In this document: positions 7,765 through 16,515 of the stretch, piece by piece | Position numbering within the stretch: the stretch's first letter is position 1 | How the letters are laid out: each line of letters begins with the position of its first letter | DNA from: Candidatus Baldrarchaeota archaeon | Lineage (GTDB): Archaea; Asgardarchaeota; Baldrarchaeia; Baldrarchaeales; DXJG01 | Length of the DNA stretch: 32,000 nucleotides | Reading direction: 5' to 3' | Assembly: GCA_019056805.1 (NCBI GenBank) | Contig: DXJG01000002.1 | Location: forward strand, 166,907-198,906 | The notes under the pieces: generated by a model | Database searches by the model: none | The model's input: only the letters and a program-made list of their open reading frames with translations | What the model was told of the DNA's origin: nothing | Made by a program: the position numbers and the translations under genes

Positions 7765-10170
7765 GACGAAGGAAAAGTTGAAATTAAAACGTGTTCTGAA
7801 AAATTTTTAAACGGTCTTGAGAAAATATCTGAACTTGCTATTAAAACTGCGATACAAAATAACCATAGAAGAATGTTTGTTTTTTGTGGAAGCGACATAA
7901 GAAGAATTGATGCCGCTTATAAGGTTTTTTCAAAATTTATTGAAATTAAAGGCAACATGCAAGTAAGAGTACTTTACGTTGCAGTGGAGGTTTCTTCTGG
8001 AAAAGATAAAGAATTATATACGGAGTTTAAATCAAGAATAGAGAAGAATTTCAAGGACGTTGAAATTAATGGAATCAGTTTTAAAGATACAGATAACGTT
8101 ATGGGTCAAACTTTTGACGTGTTAGTTTTAGATTTAAATAGAGACCTAAACCCCAACGATCTTGGTCGATTAATTGAAACCGTTAGCGGTGGAGGCATTA
8201 TAATAGCAATAACTCCTCCAATGGATAAATGGTTAGTTTTGAAAACACGATTTCACAAGAAACTTATAACCCCCCCTTGGACGATTGACGATATTCCCGG
8301 TAGGTTTAACAAGAGATTCATAAGGAAACTAAAGGAGCATAAGGGAATTTACATTTTCGACGTAGACGAAGAAATTGCTTTAAAAGTTATTAAGGAAGAA
8401 GTTTCTGATAAAGGTAGGATAACCATAAGTATTCCTGAAGAACATCTGCTACCAAGAGAAGTTTATGAATTAGCTTTAACCCAAGGACAAGTTAGAGCTT
8501 TAAAAGTAATGGAAAGGTTCTTAGTAAGAAAGGAGAAAAAACCAGCTATTGTCATGATCGCCGATAGGGGTCGAGGAAAGAGCGCTGTCGTTGGGATAGC
8601 TATAGCCGCGATAGCACATGAGTTAAAGAAAATTTTTTCCTCAGGTAAAGTTTCTGTTCTTGTAACTTCTCCACAAATAGGAAATGTCAGGACACTTTTC
8701 GAGTTTGCCGTCAGGACGCTTAAAAGATTAGGTTATTCACCACAAGTAAAGAAGCGAGACTACGATATTGAGGAAGTAAGGGCTTCAGGTATCAAAATTT
8801 TTTATGAACCTCCATGGGAGGCAATTGAACGAAAAGCTGACATCACTGCCGTAGATGAAGCTGCTGGCATACCAATTCCCTTACTTTTCCGATTCTTAAA
8901 AAGAGCTAAAAGAATTATTTATTCTTCCACTATTCATGGATATGAAGGAGCTGGCAGAGGTTTCTCTATAAGATTTCTGGGCGGATTAAGAGAAATTAAA
9001 AATATAGAGGTTAACATGGTTGAATTAGAAGAACCCATCCGATATAGTGACGGAGATCCCATTGAACAATGGCTCTATGATGCTCTTCTTCTTGACGCAG
9101 AACCAGCTCAACTTTCAGTAAGAGATATTAAACAAATCAAAAATATGCAAGTCGTATTTAAGAAAGCCGATTTAGACAAGTGGTTTATTAACGGTAATGA
9201 GAAAAAACTGAGACAATTTATTGGCATTTATGTATATGCCCACTATAGAAACCAACCAAAAGATGTAGCTCTTTTAGCAGATGCACCTCATCATGAAGCC
9301 TTCATGCTTGAGACTAAAAACGGGAAAATTGTTAACGCTATCCAAGTAGCCTTGGAAGGAGGATTACCTGACGAAGTCATAAAGGAGATTTATAGCGGAT
9401 TTGAACCAGATGGAAACATAATACCAACAATTGTGGAGAAACATTTCCGAGATACTGAATTTCCAAAACTCAAAGGATATAGAATTGTTAGAATCGCAAC
9501 ACATCCGCAAGTTATGAGCATGGGACTAGGAAGTGAAGGGTTGTCAAAACTTTGCCAAGAAGCCGAAAAGAGAGGACTAGATTGGGTTGGAGCTGGTTTC
9601 GGCGCAACACCAGAACTCCTCCGCTTCTGGATAAAAAATGGTTTTATTCCAGTGCATGTTAGCCCAAGGAGAAATCCCATTAGCGGAGAATATTCTACAA
9701 TAGTAATAAAACCTCTTTCTAAGAAAGCAAAAGAAATTACTAAGTTTATCTTTAAAGAATTTAAAATGAAGTTTGTTGAGTGGTTAAGAGACATACATTA
9801 CGACATGGAACCTGAAATAGCCATGTACATCCTTAATTCAAAATTAGAAGATATATCAGAAAGACTTTACGAGTTAAAGCTAACAGAAAGTCAACAAAAG
9901 CGACTCGAAGCATACGTTAAAGGAGTATTATACTATGAAGTTGTCTGTGATGTAATTCGTGAATTGGTAAAAATGTACTTTTTAGATCATACTTCAGAGA
10001 GAACAAAACTTTCTGAGGGAAAAACATTGTTGCTTATCCTAAAGAGTTTACAAGCAAGAAGCTGGAAACAAACTCTGGATGTTATTAATTTAGAGCCTGC
10101 AGCAGCATATACAATGTTTAGAGCGGCAATAAAGAAACTATACAAAGCTTACATCGGGAAAATAGACTAA
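7750..10170 (+). CDS. tmcA: tRNA/rRNA cytidine acetyltransferase TmcA / Nat10 (Kre33)
   Basis: HRR N-terminus, LGRLIETVSGGG, Walker A ADRGRGKS, DEAA, GYEGAGRGF, YRNQPKD and GNAT RIATHP..MSMGLGS. Start is uncertain (in-frame TTG 7714, GTG 7735/7741/7750). Confidence 0.95.
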   Translation: MATATDEGKVEIKTCSEKFLNGLEKISELAIKTAIQNNHRRMFVFCGSDIRRIDAAYKVFSKFIEIKGNMQVRVLYVAVEVSSGKDKELYTEFKSRIEKNFKDVEINGISFKDTDNVMGQTFDVLVLDLNRDLNPNDLGRLIETVSGGGIIIAITPPMDKWLVLKTRFHKKLITPPWTIDDIPGRFNKRFIRKLKEHKGIYIFDVDEEIALKVIKEEVSDKGRITISIPEEHLLPREVYELALTQGQVRALKVMERFLVRKEKKPAIVMIADRGRGKSAVVGIAIAAIAHELKKIFSSGKVSVLVTSPQIGNVRTLFEFAVRTLKRLGYSPQVKKRDYDIEEVRASGIKIFYEPPWEAIERKADITAVDEAAGIPIPLLFRFLKRAKRIIYSSTIHGYEGAGRGFSIRFLGGLREIKNIEVNMVELEEPIRYSDGDPIEQWLYDALLLDAEPAQLSVRDIKQIKNMQVVFKKADLDKWFINGNEKKLRQFIGIYVYAHYRNQPKDVALLADAPHHEAFMLETKNGKIVNAIQVALEGGLPDEVIKEIYSGFEPDGNIIPTIVEKHFRDTEFPKLKGYRIVRIATHPQVMSMGLGSEGLSKLCQEAEKRGLDWVGAGFGATPELLRFWIKNGFIPVHVSPRRNPISGEYSTIVIKPLSKKAKEITKFIFKEFKMKFVEWLRDIHYDMEPEIAMYILNSKLEDISERLYELKLTESQQKRLEAYVKGVLYYEVVCDVIRELVKMYFLDHTSERTKLSEGKTLLLILKSLQARSWKQTLDVINLEPAAAYTMFRAAIKKLYKAYIGKID

Positions 10171-10175
10171 TCAAG

Positions 10176-10802
10176 GTGATATCGTTGCCTAAAAAATTTA
10201 GAAAACATATATTTTTCGACGGAAAATATGCCGATAAAATTCTAAAAGGTGAGAAAACATCAACAATTAGGGTGGGAAAATATTCGATAAAAAAGGGACG
10301 AAGTTTTTATGTCCACGCTCGAGGACACGTACTCGGTAAAGCAGTTGTAACAGATGTTCAAATAAAAAAATTAAATGAACTTACTGATAAAGATGCAAAA
10401 AGAGACGGTTTTAAAAACAAAAAAGAACTTTTAAAAGCTTTAAAAAAACATTACGGAAAACTCGATAAGGATACCCCTGTAACAATCATAGAGTTCAAAA
10501 TACAAGATAAATTTAAGGAAGAAGTAACTTCCTCTGATTTTGCATATGGTGGGTATAAAGCGACAGAGATAGCAAAACTTGCACTTACTCATAATGTTAA
10601 CTTGTCCGAAAAAGAAAGAGAAATACTCAAAACACTTCTAAATACTGGTAGTATTAGAAAAACCGCGAGACAAATTGGTAATTTAAACAAACGATTTATG
10701 ATCAGAAAAATCTTAAAGAAAGTCTTCAGCAACCTAGTTAAAGAGGGAATTATATCACCAAAAATTAAAAGCTACTACGAAGAAAATAATAAAGAAACTT
10801 AA
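10176..10802 (+). CDS. ASCH-domain protein with C-terminal HTH
   Basis: ASCH signature ILKGEKTSTIR (GxKxxTxR), LTDKDAKRDGF, and an HTH-like tail LSEKEREIL....GSIRKTARQIG. Confidence 0.85.
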   Translation: MISLPKKFRKHIFFDGKYADKILKGEKTSTIRVGKYSIKKGRSFYVHARGHVLGKAVVTDVQIKKLNELTDKDAKRDGFKNKKELLKALKKHYGKLDKDTPVTIIEFKIQDKFKEEVTSSDFAYGGYKATEIAKLALTHNVNLSEKEREILKTLLNTGSIRKTARQIGNLNKRFMIRKILKKVFSNLVKEGIISPKIKSYYEENNKET

Positions 10803-10827
10803 ATAAAAACCTATTAGAGGGGTAGGA

Positions 10828-11730
10828 ATGTCCATAAGAGAACCAGCAGCCATAGGTTTTTATCCCTTAGACCCTCAAGAAACGTTAAAAGTGATAGAAG
10901 AATCTTATTTAAGCAAACACGGCCCTGGATCCTTACCAAAGGTTAACAAAAACGGAGAAAGAAGAATAGTTGCAGGGATAGTTCCTCATGCAGGATACCT
11001 CTATTCAGGACCTGTAGCAGCGCATTTTTACTATGAACTTGCAAAAGACGGCGAACCCGAAGTTTTTATCCTCCTCGGTCCAAGTCACACTGGTTACCCA
11101 GGCGTTGGAATAATGACAGAAGGCATCTGGAAAACTTCTTTAGGAGAAATATCAATAGATGAAACTCTCTCGAATACTATTTTAAATAATTGTGACCTAA
11201 TACTTGATGCCCCCGAGGCACATGAAGGCGAACATAGCTTAGAAGTTCAACTTCCATTTCTTCAACACCTCTATGACGCAAAATTCAAGATCGTACCTAT
11301 AGCAATAGGCATGACAGACTTTGAATCTTGCCAAGATGTAGGAATAGCAATAGCAAAAGCTATAAAAACGAGTAATAAGGATGCTGTAATAATAGCCAGC
11401 ACAGACATGACACACTACGGCACCTACTATGGATACACACCAGCTGGTGTTGAACCATTAACCAAAGTTTTAGAATGGATATACCAGACGGACAAACAAG
11501 TTATTGAGAGAATTAAAAGATTAGATGGAGCAGGAGTAATAGAATATGTTTTTGACCAAGGCTTAACAATGTGTGGTTTTGCTCCAGTAGCGACAATGAT
11601 AGAAGCCATTAGAAACCTCGGAAAAATTGAACCAAAAGTATTAAAATATGAAACAAGCTTTGGTATTCGAGGAGGAGATGCTACAGCAATAGTGGGATAT
11701 TTAGCGATGGCTTTTTATAGGGCAGTTTGA
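10828..11730 (+). CDS. MEMO1 family protein (AmmeMemoRadiSam protein B)
   Basis: Motifs REPAAIGFYP, VPHAGYLYSG, LGPSHTG, EHSLEVQLPF, ASTDMTHYG, TMCG and VGY. Confidence 0.95.
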   Translation: MSIREPAAIGFYPLDPQETLKVIEESYLSKHGPGSLPKVNKNGERRIVAGIVPHAGYLYSGPVAAHFYYELAKDGEPEVFILLGPSHTGYPGVGIMTEGIWKTSLGEISIDETLSNTILNNCDLILDAPEAHEGEHSLEVQLPFLQHLYDAKFKIVPIAIGMTDFESCQDVGIAIAKAIKTSNKDAVIIASTDMTHYGTYYGYTPAGVEPLTKVLEWIYQTDKQVIERIKRLDGAGVIEYVFDQGLTMCGFAPVATMIEAIRNLGKIEPKVLKYETSFGIRGGDATAIVGYLAMAFYRAV

Positions 11731-11817
11731 AATCAATAACGCGTAATTTAAACCATTAATTACTTAGAAGTTTAATTTCCAAAATAACTGTTAGCTGACC
11801 TAACGGTGAATGAGGTG

Positions 11818-12255
11818 ATGTTATTGACTGAAAAGTTCATTCCAATTGTTAAATCGCCATCTTGGAAACACGGCACAAGAAAAGGGAAAGGATTTAGCAT
11901 CGGTGAGATTAAAGCAGCCGAGATAGATATTAGTATGGCAGTTAAACTCGGTATACCCATTGATAAAAGAAGAAAAACCGTACATGAAGAAAATGTTGAA
12001 ACCTTAAAAAACTACTACCGCGAATTTGCAAAAGAACTAGGGACGACTTCACTTCCTAAAGTTGACAAAAAAATAATAGAAGAGTTAACTAAAGTTCCTG
12101 GTATAAACATTCATGTTGCACGAATACTTGCCAAAAAAGCTTCAATATCTTCCATAGAAGACCTTATAAACAGTGATATCAATGAATTATCAAAGAAAAC
12201 AGGTTATTCGAAAAACAGAATCAAAAAATGGATTTCAGCTGCAAAAGGGGAATAA
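11818..12255 (+). CDS. rpl13e: 50S ribosomal protein eL13 with C-terminal helix-hairpin-helix extension
   Basis: Motifs RKGKGFSIGEIKAA and GIPIDKRRKTVHEENV. Start could be 11806, 11818 or 11824. Confidence 0.88.
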   Translation: MLLTEKFIPIVKSPSWKHGTRKGKGFSIGEIKAAEIDISMAVKLGIPIDKRRKTVHEENVETLKNYYREFAKELGTTSLPKVDKKIIEELTKVPGINIHVARILAKKASISSIEDLINSDINELSKKTGYSKNRIKKWISAAKGE

Positions 12256-12269
12256 TAATTAAAATAATG

Positions 12270-12420
12270 TGGCACACCTTTTAGCTTCTTTTCATCTCAT
12301 ATTTTCAAAGAAGCCTTCCAGGTGTGCCTCATCGGTGTCCCCCGCTGCGGAGACACGGTATCATCGTATCCGCCGAAGGAAACTCAACCGGCACTGTGAC
12401 TGCGGGTTTTGTCCTCTGCT
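12270..12420 (-). ncRNA. unidentified structured ncRNA candidate
   Basis: 59% GC over 12311-12420 (65/110) in an AT-rich genome. Hairpins at 12335-12356 and 12271-12328 have G.U pairs only on the minus strand. TATA-like sequence lies upstream (about 12432-12450). Confidence 0.6.
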
Positions 12421-12592
12421 AAATATTTACATTTATATAGCTTTAAATAAGCTTTACTAAAACTGGAAAACTATATCATTAGAATTTATCTCTAAAAGTT
12501 AGATGTGAGACACAATATAATTTATAATAAAATGCTAGATATCTCAAGCATGAAGATTATGATGCTTGCATATACCTTTAAGGGGGCTTTTT

Positions 12593-13042
12593 ATGAGTTA
12601 TATCAAGTCGGTGGTTATTGGGACAATTAGTATTTCAATAATATCCTTGTTTGCCATTTTAATGGAAATACTCCCACCTTACGTACTGTATCATTTCCAA
12701 AACGAGTCAACAGGTAATTTTCTTCTTAGTTTGTTTAACTTTGTACTTTTTTATCAAGATGAAGGTGTTTTTCCATGGATACTATGGTATGTTGGTGGAG
12801 TAATAACTGGTTTAGTTGCACGAGGAGCAGTTAAAGGAACATTATCGGCATTTTCGGTGCCTATTATCTTGGTATTTCTCTACTGGATATTACTTATATT
12901 CCCGTTTATTAGTACTCCCACCTCCATCGATATATGGGAAATAGTGGATGAACTTTATTATCTTACGAATATTGCAGTAAAATTTGCATTAATATCTGCG
13001 ATCGGAGGCGTTCTAGGAGGGGCAGCAACGAGGCAAAGGTAG
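12593..13042 (+). CDS. 4-TM membrane protein of unknown function
   Basis: Four hydrophobic segments, GGVITGLVARG and C-terminal IGGVLGG. ATG 12593 sits behind AGGGGG. Confidence 0.7.
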   Translation: MSYIKSVVIGTISISIISLFAILMEILPPYVLYHFQNESTGNFLLSLFNFVLFYQDEGVFPWILWYVGGVITGLVARGAVKGTLSAFSVPIILVFLYWILLIFPFISTPTSIDIWEIVDELYYLTNIAVKFALISAIGGVLGGAATRQR

Positions 13043-13050
13043 GTGCTTTA

Positions 13051-13599
13051 ATGTCAATTAAAAGTTTTGTTTCAAAAATTCTTAACCTGACAATTCCAGC
13101 GTTCATAACTTATCTATGGTCAATTGACAAATACTCTAATGTGAATTATGACTCCTTACCGTTGTTTATTTTCTCAATACTTGAAGACCTTGGTACCCAT
13201 TCGTGGAAAATTTTACTAGCATGGTTTTTGACGGGAATTTTAATTGGAATATTATCGAGAGATCCGCAAAACTTTGTTTCTTCGATTTTAACCACCATTT
13301 TCACTTATCTATTTTTGGAGTTATACATACTTGTTCATTATAACATTGCATCTTGGAATACTCTGCCTCTTATTCAAAGGATTTTTGATGTGTTTCTTAT
13401 GAGTTTTAACCTATTGATAAATGGCGCAATCGCTGCAATTCCAATTATTATAATATATCTATCTAAAGGAAGAAATAGTGTGAAAATTATACGACAGGAG
13501 TTTAAACCTATAAATTGTCCGTCCTGCGGGAAAATTTATTATTCAAATCCTAAATACTGTGCTTTTTGTGGAGCACAAATAAATAAAGACGACGATTAA
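13051..13599 (+). CDS. membrane protein with C-terminal zinc ribbon
   Basis: Hydrophobic segments followed by CPSCGK....NPKYCAFCG. Confidence 0.75.
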   Translation: MSIKSFVSKILNLTIPAFITYLWSIDKYSNVNYDSLPLFIFSILEDLGTHSWKILLAWFLTGILIGILSRDPQNFVSSILTTIFTYLFLELYILVHYNIASWNTLPLIQRIFDVFLMSFNLLINGAIAAIPIIIIYLSKGRNSVKIIRQEFKPINCPSCGKIYYSNPKYCAFCGAQINKDDD

Positions 13600-13718
13600 A
13601 TTAATATCACAAGATATTTTACTTATGTCAAAATTACATACCTCTTTTTTATCCTATGTTTCATTAAGAACATTACAATATTCAAACGAAACATTTAAAT
13701 ACTTCGCAATGTAGAGTT

Positions 13719-13822
13719 GTATTGGCCGAGCCAGTCCTGCAATTGTAGAATGTATTATTTGTCGAATTTTTCGTCCTCGCCCTCCTCCCCTCTCCCCCCA
13801 GGACTGGCAATGAGGCCGGTAC
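13719..13822 (+). ncRNA. K-turn-containing ncRNA candidate with C-rich loop
   Basis: GTATTGGCC-GA-GCCAGTCCTG ... CAGGACTGGC-AAT-GA-GGCCGGTAC. TTTAAAT lies at 13694-13700 and a T-rich tract lies downstream. Confidence 0.6.
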
Positions 13823-13849
13823 CCAATATTTTGATATTTTAACAGAACT

Positions 13850-15601
13850 TTAGTCATGAGTATAATAACATAAAATTTCTTCTTTGGTTATTTCATCTAT
13901 TCTTACAAAACCGAATCTCTCAAACTGAACAATCTGATCAACTTTCAAATCTTTACAGTTTGGTTCTCCTAATCCCGTAGTTTCGTTTCCATCAGGCATG
14001 ATCACCCTTATATTCACGTAATTCTGGCTAGGAACCCAATGAATAATTGGAGCCCTTATTTTTCTAGCTTCTTTGACACTCCAACTAAGAAACTTTCCTT
14101 CAATTATGTCTTTTTTAATCGATATAACTTCAAAATTAAACAAATCTTTTAATCTTATAATCTTCTTACTTTTTAAGAGGTCAAGATCTCTTGAACTTAC
14201 GAATAGATCAACAATTTCATTTTTCACGGTGAGAGGTATATTTCTAAACCCTAATTCCGGCTTTTCTGGGTGAAGTGGAGATTTTGCTACGACGTTTTGT
14301 TCGGGAATATTAATAATTCTTAATTTTATTGGATTGTCTACAAAAAAGTATCTGAGAGCTACAGGGTCGATTAATCTACGGTTATACGCGTAAAGATTTG
14401 AAGGACTGTATTCAATATCTACTATACTTAATCCTAAATTTAAAATAGCCTGTCTAAGAGCTTCAGGTCTTATTCCTCTCTTTGCTAAAGATTGTAGACT
14501 CCAGGTTCTAGGATCATCCCAACCCCTAAAAATACCATTTTCTATCAGTTTTCTGGCCTTCCGTTTACTTAATGTTATTCCCTTAAACAAGATCTTTCCA
14601 TAGTGGATAAACTCCCTTTTAGGCCAGTTAAAAAGTCTCCATATAAATTCTTCCATCATATCTTCTTTTATCAAATCTTTTCCGCGAAGGATATGAGTAA
14701 CACCTAGGAGATAATCATCGATTCCCCAAGAAAACTCTAATAAAGGCCATACTCTATATCGTGTACCAACTCTGGGATGTTCTCTCTCAGATATTCGCAT
14801 AATTACATGATCTCGCATGGCAGGATCTGGATGATCCATTCCCGTTTTTAATCGAACAACCGCTTCTCCTTGCGCGTATTCTCCACTTAACATTCTTTCC
14901 CAGTGTTCTAAGTTTTCTTCAATAGTTTGACTTCTATGCGGACATGGTTTTCCCAGTATCTTATATTTTGTTCTCCACTCTTCTGCATTACATAAACAAA
15001 CATACGCATGTCCCTGTTCTAAAAGTTGTTTACAATATTTATAGAAGATTTCCAAGCGATCAGACTTGTAAATGGTTTTATGCCATTTAACACCTAACCA
15101 CTCTAGTCCCTCCTTAATAAGGTCATATGCTTCCGGGATAATTTTATGCTCTTTTGCCCCTATAGTGTCGTCATAAACTAGAAGAAGTTCTCCATTGTAA
15201 CGTTTAACGTATTCATCGTTAAGAATGGCCATTCTTGCATTACCTATGTGTAGCGGTCCAGATGGAAAAGGAGCCATCCTCATAACGACTTTTCCCCATT
15301 TTTCAACATTGGGTAGTGGCGGTAATTCCTTTTTTTCCTCTTTTTTCTTTTCTTCAAGTAATTCTGGAGCGATTGATTCTAATTTTTTAATTTGCTCTTC
15401 TAATGTAAGCAAATTTACACTTCTTACTACTTCTTTGACGATGCCCACGATTTCACGGGCTTTCGGTCTTAAATGAGGATGTTCTCCCATAACTTTACTT
15501 ATAACAGCTTTTTCATCTGCTTTTCCATTATGTTTTACAGCGTTTGCTAATGCATACCTAATTGCTAAGGATTTTATTTCATCACTAGAATTTATTTTCA
15601 A
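13850..15601 (-). CDS. gltX: glutamate--tRNA ligase (archaeal type)
   Basis: RMAPFPSGPLHIGNAR (HIGH motif), THILRGKD, TLSKR, GWDDPR and QFERFGF. TTG start at 15601 sits behind GGAGG. Confidence 0.97.
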   Translation of the reverse strand: MKINSSDEIKSLAIRYALANAVKHNGKADEKAVISKVMGEHPHLRPKAREIVGIVKEVVRSVNLLTLEEQIKKLESIAPELLEEKKKEEKKELPPLPNVEKWGKVVMRMAPFPSGPLHIGNARMAILNDEYVKRYNGELLLVYDDTIGAKEHKIIPEAYDLIKEGLEWLGVKWHKTIYKSDRLEIFYKYCKQLLEQGHAYVCLCNAEEWRTKYKILGKPCPHRSQTIEENLEHWERMLSGEYAQGEAVVRLKTGMDHPDPAMRDHVIMRISEREHPRVGTRYRVWPLLEFSWGIDDYLLGVTHILRGKDLIKEDMMEEFIWRLFNWPKREFIHYGKILFKGITLSKRKARKLIENGIFRGWDDPRTWSLQSLAKRGIRPEALRQAILNLGLSIVDIEYSPSNLYAYNRRLIDPVALRYFFVDNPIKLRIINIPEQNVVAKSPLHPEKPELGFRNIPLTVKNEIVDLFVSSRDLDLLKSKKIIRLKDLFNFEVISIKKDIIEGKFLSWSVKEARKIRAPIIHWVPSQNYVNIRVIMPDGNETTGLGEPNCKDLKVDQIVQFERFGFVRIDEITKEEILCYYTHD

Positions 15602-15766
15602 CTTTGTTCCTCCCAAGTATCAACATTTTTAACAAATGTATGAGTCGTGAATCAAGTTTCTTTCTTAGACTATGTAAGTTATTTAAAAGTTTTTTAATCT
15701 AATGGCATTTAAAGACGTATAATTGTAACAAAAACTTAATGGCTACTAGTGTATAGTGACGGAGGT

Positions 15767-16513
15767 CTATTTTTGTGTTTTTAGAAATTTTTCAAAGCGT
15801 TTTGCATCTTCACCCATGTATATATTGTTAAATAATATGTAAATATTCTTTACGGGTAAAAGTGTTATTTTAGAAGCTAAATATTTGAAATCTTCCAAAG
15901 AATATTTATATTTATACATTTTTTTGCCAGGAGGGGAACCATGAAGCCTAAAATATGCAGTGTCTTCAATAAAATGTTGGGGGTCCTGCGCAAAGGGGTC
16001 AACTACATGTATCAAGCTTAGTTTTTCACAAATTTTTTTAATTAAATCAGGAGTCCAGCTTTTTCCTCTAGGTTCCCAACCAATAACTATATTATCCCTT
16101 TCAATGGAAGTGAAGAATTCAGTCATATTTTTTAAGTTTTCTTCTTCCGGTTTAAATTTCGCTGGAGTTTGCATTATGCATATTTTGCTTTTTAGAGTTT
16201 TACATATTTTCTTTGTGGTTTCCCATGCTTCAAACACTTCATCGGTAGGTTTAAAAAAACCGTATCTTTCTCTTTTTTGTTCCGATATATCTAATCCAGC
16301 TTTTTTATATGTTGGTGAGGTTGCGGGATGAGTTATTAATTGCCATGCCTTCACTACAAATTCAAAGTCCTCGGGAGCATTTTTTCGCCATTTTTCAAGT
16401 GTATCAAGTTTTGGAGGCTTATAAAATGTTTTTTGAACCTCAACAAGTTTAAATTCTTCAAAATATTTTTTCATACCACCTGGAAAACCACAACAACCAA
16501 TTTTAATATTCAA
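15767..16513 (-). CDS. DUF72 family protein
   Basis: Motifs IGCCGF, VEVQKTFY, FVVKAWQLITH, WEPRG, YFRLHG and LFNN. Confidence 0.92.
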   Translation of the reverse strand: MNIKIGCCGFPGGMKKYFEEFKLVEVQKTFYKPPKLDTLEKWRKNAPEDFEFVVKAWQLITHPATSPTYKKAGLDISEQKRERYGFFKPTDEVFEAWETTKKICKTLKSKICIMQTPAKFKPEEENLKNMTEFFTSIERDNIVIGWEPRGKSWTPDLIKKICEKLSLIHVVDPFAQDPQHFIEDTAYFRLHGSPPGKKMYKYKYSLEDFKYLASKITLLPVKNIYILFNNIYMGEDAKRFEKFLKTQK

Positions 16514-16515
16514 TG

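Noticed and set aside
12349-12400. Resemblance of GGAGA...CGCCGAAGGA..ACTCA to a glycine riboswitch aptamer
   Set aside because: P2/P3a and CUCAGG are not properly formed, no glycine gene lies downstream, and G.U pairs favour the opposite strand.
12270-12420. 5S rRNA, SRP RNA, RNase P RNA or tRNA identity for the 12.3-kb element
   Set aside because: The conserved signatures (CCGAAC/GUUAAG, GGAA-tetraloop helix 8, GAGGAAAGUCC/ACAGAA, TpsiC arm) are not present.
12269-12460. 63-aa + strand ORF, and the 67-aa ORF at 13654-13857
   Set aside because: Both overlie the GC-rich structured RNA candidates, have odd composition, and have no SD.
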